Positions 58,683 through 64,000 of a stretch of DNA of 64,000 bases are shown here, piece after piece. The notes under the pieces are model-generated. The model was not told the DNA's origin. It worked only from the letters and a program-made list of their open reading frames with translations, and made no database searches. The first letter of the stretch is position 1. Every line of letters begins with the position of its first letter. Origin of the DNA: Escherichia coli. Its GTDB lineage: Bacteria; Pseudomonadota; Gammaproteobacteria; Enterobacterales; Enterobacteriaceae. A program made the translations under genes and the position numbers. The stretch lies in assembly GCF_017348835.2 (NCBI RefSeq), contig NZ_CP072315.1; one strand, 5' to 3'.

Positions 58683-58712
58683 AAAGCCGGGACATTTTGT
58701 CCCGGCTTTTTT
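58683..58712 (+). terminator. rho-independent terminator after the 1434-aa gene
   Basis: Hairpin AAGCCGGGAC-ATTTT-GTCCCGGCTT followed by TTTTTT. Confidence 0.7.
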
Positions 58713-58749
58713 ATGCCCAACAATTGGACCTTTGAAAAATTAATACCGG

Positions 58750-58760
58750 AAAGTAACTTT
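58750..58760. promoter_or_regulatory. palindrome site AAAGTAACTTT (dispersed family)
   Basis: About 190 bp upstream of the peptidase gene. Confidence 0.4.
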
Positions 58761-58944
58761 GCTACAAAGGTATCTTTCATGGCCGCTAACAAGGCTGCGT
58801 CTACATGCTGAGAAATTAACATCCTTATAGGTTAATATTAGGTTAGTTTGCAGACTTCCGAGCGTTGAAAAACATGGATAATAGTTACTTGGATAGAGGT
58901 GTATCTACTTAGTAAAAATATTCTTCAGTGCTAGTGAGAAAAAT

Positions 58945-59457
58945 ATGAGCGACTACATACCTAAAAAGAGAGGGCTGCTTATACTGGATTGGTATGTCCC
59001 CATTAATATTTTATTGCTGATTCTCGTTATGTGTGTCTTTTTCACCCGTTATACATTTGGATACGGTTTATTGAATGGGTGCCTGCCTGCTGATTTTTAT
59101 ATGATTGATCATTCGGATAAAACTATTAAAACTGGTGAACTCATAGCTTTCAACATGCCGAAATCGGTTCGTTTTATCCCAGAAAATGAACGAGTCATAA
59201 AAATTGTTGCCGGTGTGGGCGGTGACAAACTCAAAGTAACAATGGATGGGGTTTATAACGGGGACAAATTTTTTGAAGCTAATGCACGTCGTATTTCAAA
59301 GAAATACAGTATTCCGTCCATTTTGATTGAAAAAGAATTGATAATTCCTGAAGGCGAAGTTTTCCTAATTGGGCAAACCGATCACTCATGGGATTCCCGT
59401 TTTTGGGGAACAGTAAAGCTGAATTCAGTAATTGGGAAAACATATGCGATCTTTTAA
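58945..59457 (+). CDS. trhP: TraF(RP4)-type signal peptidase I-like pilin-processing peptidase (TrhP-like)
   Basis: 170 aa with N-terminal TM segment and S26-like C-terminal region; position before traW/traU homologs. Confidence 0.6.
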   Translation: MSDYIPKKRGLLILDWYVPINILLLILVMCVFFTRYTFGYGLLNGCLPADFYMIDHSDKTIKTGELIAFNMPKSVRFIPENERVIKIVAGVGGDKLKVTMDGVYNGDKFFEANARRISKKYSIPSILIEKELIIPEGEVFLIGQTDHSWDSRFWGTVKLNSVIGKTYAIF

Positions 59458-60955
59458 TGTAAATAAAAAATATTTACCAATACTTCCTGGACTTGCGTTA
59501 TGTGCAGTTTTAAGTAATACAAATGCAAGCACTGAGTATCAACATGATGCTGACCTAATCGCTCAGCAAGCAAAAGGGCTTGGCGCTCAGGCTAAAGGTG
59601 CACAGCAGCCAGATGGGGCTCTTAGCCTTGATGCTACGCTAAATTCACCAGATGTGCAGAAGTACATTGCGCAAGCTGAAGCACTCAAAAAAAACCAGGA
59701 CCTGAGCAGGCAAACAAACCGTGGTTACGTGCCCGGTATGAATGCGGATAGTGTTCAAGCAGTTATAGACCATACCCAGGCTATAAGGGCCCAAAGTAAT
59801 AACTCTGATGCTGTCAACGATATAATTAGAAGACGTGATGAAATTCAGGAAAACGCCAGCCTTAATGAAGCGGCTCTGAAAGCTGTGGAAAATAAGCCGG
59901 AAGTCATGCGAGGACAATCTAAAAATATCGAAAAATTGTTTGGTTCCTCGGGCATCACAGCTGCTGACTTCGAAAGAAAAATGGATAGCACACGTGAAGA
60001 AGCACTATCAACTGAAAATGGTATAACGATCTTTGCTTCATTTAGCTTACCGGATTATGTACTGGAAGACCTTTTACGTACGGCCTCAGAGCATAAAGCT
60101 CGTGTAGTTTTCAATGGTCTAAAGAAAGGAACTACTCGGCTACCAGAGACACAGGCAGCAATAAACCAAATGATTGTCAAAGGAAAATTTGAATCTCCTT
60201 TGATTACAATTGATCCTGATAGCTTCAGTCAGTATCAAGTAACTCAAGTACCGACAATTATTTCTCGGGAGCAAGCTCGTTTTGCAAAAATGGTAGGGTC
60301 CTTCAACGTTGAGTTTTTTCAGCGAGAACTTGCTAAAAAACCCGATCAGGACATTTTTCCTGTTGCTGGTACGATTTATCCCGTTGAAGAAAAGAGCATC
60401 ATTAAAGAACTGGAAGAACGCGCACAAAAATATGACTGGGAAGGTGCAAAAAAAAGGGCCGTTGCGGACACCTGGAAAAATCAATGGATGGTCGATCTCC
60501 CTCCTGCCCAGGAACACAAAGAATTTTTAATTGACCCTACAGTGAGGGTCACTCAGGACGTAAAAGATAAGCAGGGCCGTGTAATAGCTTCCGCCGGTGA
60601 GTTGATTAATCCACTTTCGAGATTTCCTCAAAACCTGACGATGATAATTTTCGATCCACTCAATCCGGGCCAGCTGGTATGGGCTGAGCAGCAGTATCGA
60701 CAACGTCTGGGTAGTGGAAAAGTAATGCCAATGTTTACCCGTATCCAAAAAGATAATGGATGGGATCACCTAAATGATTTACGTGAAAAATTTAACGGTA
60801 AGGTGTTTAAAGTAAACGAACAGATTATCTCACGCTTTCAGATTAAAAATACACCTGCGCTTATAACTACTGACCAAGATAAATTCCGGATCACCCTGTT
60901 TAGCGAGGCAGAAGTCCGTGGAATCGGAGCCCCAAATCTTTCAGAGGAAAAATAA
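59444..60955 (+). CDS. trhW: TraW/TrhW-like pilus assembly protein (503 aa)
   Basis: ATG start with signal peptide MRSFNVNKKYLPILPGLALCAVLSNTNA (track uses upstream TTG); position in conserved W-U-N order. Confidence 0.5.
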   Translation: MRSFNVNKKYLPILPGLALCAVLSNTNASTEYQHDADLIAQQAKGLGAQAKGAQQPDGALSLDATLNSPDVQKYIAQAEALKKNQDLSRQTNRGYVPGMNADSVQAVIDHTQAIRAQSNNSDAVNDIIRRRDEIQENASLNEAALKAVENKPEVMRGQSKNIEKLFGSSGITAADFERKMDSTREEALSTENGITIFASFSLPDYVLEDLLRTASEHKARVVFNGLKKGTTRLPETQAAINQMIVKGKFESPLITIDPDSFSQYQVTQVPTIISREQARFAKMVGSFNVEFFQRELAKKPDQDIFPVAGTIYPVEEKSIIKELEERAQKYDWEGAKKRAVADTWKNQWMVDLPPAQEHKEFLIDPTVRVTQDVKDKQGRVIASAGELINPLSRFPQNLTMIIFDPLNPGQLVWAEQQYRQRLGSGKVMPMFTRIQKDNGWDHLNDLREKFNGKVFKVNEQIISRFQIKNTPALITTDQDKFRITLFSEAEVRGIGAPNLSEEK

Positions 60956-60956
60956 T

Positions 60957-61091
60957 ATGAAACTCGGATTTATTATAGGCGCTCTCTTTGCAACATGGCT
61001 GACGCTAAATTATCCGGACCAGATGAGAAGTTATTTTACCAAAGCCGTCGACTATATCGAAAGTGTTGCAACATTTATTACATCCAAGTGA
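60957..61091 (+). CDS. small hydrophobic protein (44 aa), not in ORF track
   Basis: GAGGAAA RBS 8 nt upstream; reads MKLGFIIGALFATWLTLNYPDQMRSYFTKAVDYIESVATFITSK; fills the trhW-trhU gap. Confidence 0.3.
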   Translation: MKLGFIIGALFATWLTLNYPDQMRSYFTKAVDYIESVATFITSK

Positions 61092-61093
61092 GC

Positions 61094-62155
61094 ATGATGG
61101 TGAAAAAATTCAAAAAGTTACTTTTAGAGTTCATTGTAGCAGTTATGCTTTCGCTTTCTATACCTGGTATGGCTATGGCAGCAGATGCTGGAGTCCCTGG
61201 GGCTATGTGTCAGTCAGCTGGAGTGTGGCAGGGCTTGATTAAGAATATCTGTTGGAGCTGCATTTTTCCCATGAGGATAATGGGCATAGGGGCTGCTCCA
61301 GAAGGCGCTGCACCTTCACGTCCGGGTTGCTACTGCACAGATCAGAACGGCGTACCGGAAATAGGTTGGCAATTGAGCTTCTTTCAGCCGGTGAAGATTG
61401 TAGAAGTTGTAAAGAGCCCCTGGTGCAGCCCCTTTCTTGAAGGCACGATGCTTCAAAAATCGCAGTTTGATATTGGTAAAAGCAACACTAATCAGCCAAT
61501 GACAGCAACTGAAGCCGGATTTTACGATGTTCATCTTTGGGAGTTCCCAATCATGACAATGCTCAAATTACTGATTATTGGCGAGTGCACTGCTGAACCC
61601 TATATAGATGCCAGCCTGACCTATATAAGCGAAGTGGACCCTATGTGGGAAAGTGATCTGCTTACACTCGTCCTGAATCCCGAGGCAGTAGTTTTTGCAA
61701 ACCCAATTGCCTCAATGGTGTGCGCTGCTGACTGTGTAGCAGTAACAGCAGGAAAGGATAATCTCGCTGCATACTTTTGTGCCGGATGCGATGGCAACCT
61801 TTACCCATTAACCGGCCACATTTACGCAAATGATGACGCTGTAAGGACGAGTTCACTGATTACCCAGCGTCTTCTGACAAAACTACATCGCCAAGGCATG
61901 CTGATGCGAACGATGGGAGCAGACGCAATGTGTGAGAAAACGTGGGAATACTTTACACCACGTTCCCAGTATCGGCTTTCAATGCTTTTCCCTACTCCTG
62001 AGGCGAAGGGACCGGATTGCTGTCATCGTCTTGGTGATTCGGTACACGACTGGTCAACCCTTAAAGGTGGGCGCAAAAAAATAGGCAACGATAATTATGT
62101 CTATATGTTGTGGCGTTACAATGACTGTTGTGTTCGCTACGTTCCAGGCGTTTGA
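61094..62155 (+). CDS. trhU: TraU/TrhU-like pilus assembly protein (Cys-rich, secreted)
   Basis: Start at internal ATG (MMVKKFKK...) 2 nt after the small ORF stop; signal peptide; many conserved cysteines. Confidence 0.65.
   Translation: MMVKKFKKLLLEFIVAVMLSLSIPGMAMAADAGVPGAMCQSAGVWQGLIKNICWSCIFPMRIMGIGAAPEGAAPSRPGCYCTDQNGVPEIGWQLSFFQPVKIVEVVKSPWCSPFLEGTMLQKSQFDIGKSNTNQPMTATEAGFYDVHLWEFPIMTMLKLLIIGECTAEPYIDASLTYISEVDPMWESDLLTLVLNPEAVVFANPIASMVCAADCVAVTAGKDNLAAYFCAGCDGNLYPLTGHIYANDDAVRTSSLITQRLLTKLHRQGMLMRTMGADAMCEKTWEYFTPRSQYRLSMLFPTPEAKGPDCCHRLGDSVHDWSTLKGGRKKIGNDNYVYMLWRYNDCCVRYVPGV
61113..61125. promoter_or_regulatory. palindrome site AAAAGTTACTTTT (dispersed family)
   Basis: Exact 13-bp palindrome at the 5' end of trhU. 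Confidence 0.35.
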
Positions 62156-62173
62156 TTTCTAAGGAGAAAATAA

Positions 62174-64000
62174 GTGAAACTTAGAAAAACAATCACCTCA
62201 GCGATTATTGCATCAATGGTTGCCAATACTATGAGTTGGGCTTTTTATGTCACACTCATAAACATGGTAATGACACCACGTGTTTACGCTGCTGACGCTA
62301 TATTTGACCAGCTCGAAAATAATTTTAACCTTGCAAATCCTAACGCAAATCGCAATGCAACCACCAGTGCTCAGGACATTGTGGAGAAATACAAGAACGC
62401 GGATTCAGGCGAGAATGTCAGTGGGAAGATCACCGAGAAATACGTGGGTAAAGCCGAATCCGCTAATCTTAATCTCGGGAAGTATGGGGCAGGGAACTCT
62501 AATGAAAGTGTCATGAAAAATGCCGCATCCGATGGAAAGTCTATTGGTAGCGCCGTACAACTGCCGAGTATGTCTGGAGGGACAATCAATTCAAACTACA
62601 CCAAGGAAGGGGCAAAGCTGCTCTCTCGTGATGCTAATGGCAACATTGGTATAAGCAGTAATCCCAATACTACTCCTGGAACCAAAACAAATACGGGAGA
62701 GATTTTCAGCTCAGAGCAAAAGCACAGCGATATAAAGTTCAACGCCGCAGATCGTTATGGGGATGAGGATGGCTTTGTTAACGATATAAAGAATCGGAAA
62801 AGCCAGTTATTTGATGCTCAAAGTTATGATGGCGTTGCCTACCGCACCCTCGTAAATGCTAACAAGGACAACCCGGCATCGTCTGTAAAGCCTAACGATC
62901 CCATGTTTACTGCGGGGAGAAATGAGATAACCAATGCTGTTGCTGGTACTGGAAACTGGCTTCAGAACTGTAATGTTGAGACCTCCAAAAAAACAGTAAC
63001 CACACACTATCCTGATTACAAAGAGTTCTACTGTAACTCGCCTAAGCAAGATAACTTCAGCAGCTGCACGATAACTCGTGACTTCTCTGTTCCTGTATAC
63101 ATTTCAGGCGGAAACGGAGACATGTCGATGTGCGGCGATAATTGTGTGCGTATATGGTTTGGTCGCCGTGATGACAACTACTGGAGTGACGGGGTATTTG
63201 ATAACGAACTGACATTAAAATTCCATCCGGATGCAAAATTGGCCTCAGCAAAGATTGTTAACGCGGAGTGGGATGACCACATGCGGGTAACACTTGATGG
63301 CACGCAGATTTTTGCTCACATAGATGGTGCATATCGAGAAAGTGACTATCCGGCTCCAAAGGGATCTTGGGAGTTAAAAAAATCGTGGAAACTCGACAAA
63401 GTATACGATGTAACTGAAAAGGTCAGAAAATCAGTTTATGAAGAACCTGATCGTGAAGTGACAATGGCATCCAGAGTCTGGGTTGGTGGGGGAGGTGAAG
63501 GGTACTTTGAGGTTGAGCTGACGTTTGAAAATATGAAGCTCGAAGATAAGCACGTCCAGGAACCAGCTGGTTGTTACGATGCTGTACAAACACCAAATAC
63601 ATTCTGCCGTTTCGATCGGTTTAAAGATATGGATGTTGGCACGAAGCGGCTTCCGGAAAGCGTGCTTTCTATGGCAAAGCCGCTGTATGAAGGCGATAAA
63701 GGCTTTCTTACCTGGAAGACTAACCTTGAAGGCTATTTTTGTGATCCATTGGCTAAAGACAAGATTTGCTCTTATGACGCCAGTGGGAAAATTATGAAAG
63801 ACGCTAATGGAAAGGACCTCTGTTACAACTACGAAGAAATTAAGAGTATGCCTGATGCATGTAGTTCTTATAAAAATGATGCAGCATGTGTACTCGATAA
63901 ACAAACATGTGCAGAGGGTTGGTTCGATGAGGGCACTAACAGCTGCTACATGTATGAACAGAAATACACCTGTGACAGAGGTAAGGATGTAGTTCGTGAG
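62174..64000 (+). CDS. trhN: TraN/TrhN-like mating-pair stabilisation protein, 5' part (truncated by window end)
   Basis: GTG start 7 nt after AAGGAG RBS; open frame of 609 codons to the window edge with no stop, so absent from the ORF track; Cys-rich C-terminal part. Confidence 0.6.
   Translation, partial: MKLRKTITSAIIASMVANTMSWAFYVTLINMVMTPRVYAADAIFDQLENNFNLANPNANRNATTSAQDIVEKYKNADSGENVSGKITEKYVGKAESANLNLGKYGAGNSNESVMKNAASDGKSIGSAVQLPSMSGGTINSNYTKEGAKLLSRDANGNIGISSNPNTTPGTKTNTGEIFSSEQKHSDIKFNAADRYGDEDGFVNDIKNRKSQLFDAQSYDGVAYRTLVNANKDNPASSVKPNDPMFTAGRNEITNAVAGTGNWLQNCNVETSKKTVTTHYPDYKEFYCNSPKQDNFSSCTITRDFSVPVYISGGNGDMSMCGDNCVRIWFGRRDDNYWSDGVFDNELTLKFHPDAKLASAKIVNAEWDDHMRVTLDGTQIFAHIDGAYRESDYPAPKGSWELKKSWKLDKVYDVTEKVRKSVYEEPDREVTMASRVWVGGGGEGYFEVELTFENMKLEDKHVQEPAGCYDAVQTPNTFCRFDRFKDMDVGTKRLPESVLSMAKPLYEGDKGFLTWKTNLEGYFCDPLAKDKICSYDASGKIMKDANGKDLCYNYEEIKSMPDACSSYKNDAACVLDKQTCAEGWFDEGTNSCYMYEQKYTCDRGKDVVRE

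Overview
This window reads as a segment of a large IncHI-type (H-pilus, F-like T4SS) conjugative plasmid from an enterobacterium. All calls come from reading the ORF translations and raw sequence by eye; no database search was run. The plasmid-family assignment is inference from gene order and motifs. Layout: (1) 0-12 kb accessory genes: a HigB-like toxin, an orphan NPPF-type adenine methyltransferase and two ~800-aa secreted Ig-like proteins. (2) 11.8-17.3 kb: an iteron-type replicon (Rep initiator, an array of ~80-bp palindrome-containing iteron units, short direct iterons and GATC clusters), with an IS91-family element inserted into the iteron array. (3) 17.5-29.4 kb: a third ~800-aa Ig-like paralog, small membrane proteins, a 563-aa protein ending in a second NPPF-type methyltransferase domain, two ParB/Srx-like paralogs, a Dam-like methyltransferase and zinc-ribbon proteins. 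(4) 29.4-31.5 kb: a second iteron replicon with a paralogous Rep. (5) 31.9-41.5 kb: T4SS genes in the order pilin-TraL-TraE-TraK-orf-TraB-orf-DsbC-like-TraV-TraC. (6) 41.95-45.0 kb: a ~3-kb tandem array of ~245-bp repeats. (7) 45.4-52.4 kb: type Ia parAB, a four-gene minus-strand operon, then type II parMR. (8) 54.4-58.7 kb: a 1434-aa Ig-like secreted protein. (9) 58.9-64.0 kb: TraF-type peptidase, TraW-like, TraU-like and a TraN-like ORF that runs off the window end and is absent from the ORF track. No tRNA, rRNA or CRISPR-cas was seen. The most unusual signal is a 13-bp palindrome, AAAAGT-N-ACTTTT, present at least 19 times against roughly 0.1 expected by chance, often at gene 5' ends. The other candidates for novelty are the 3-kb repeat array and the four-member Ig-like protein family.
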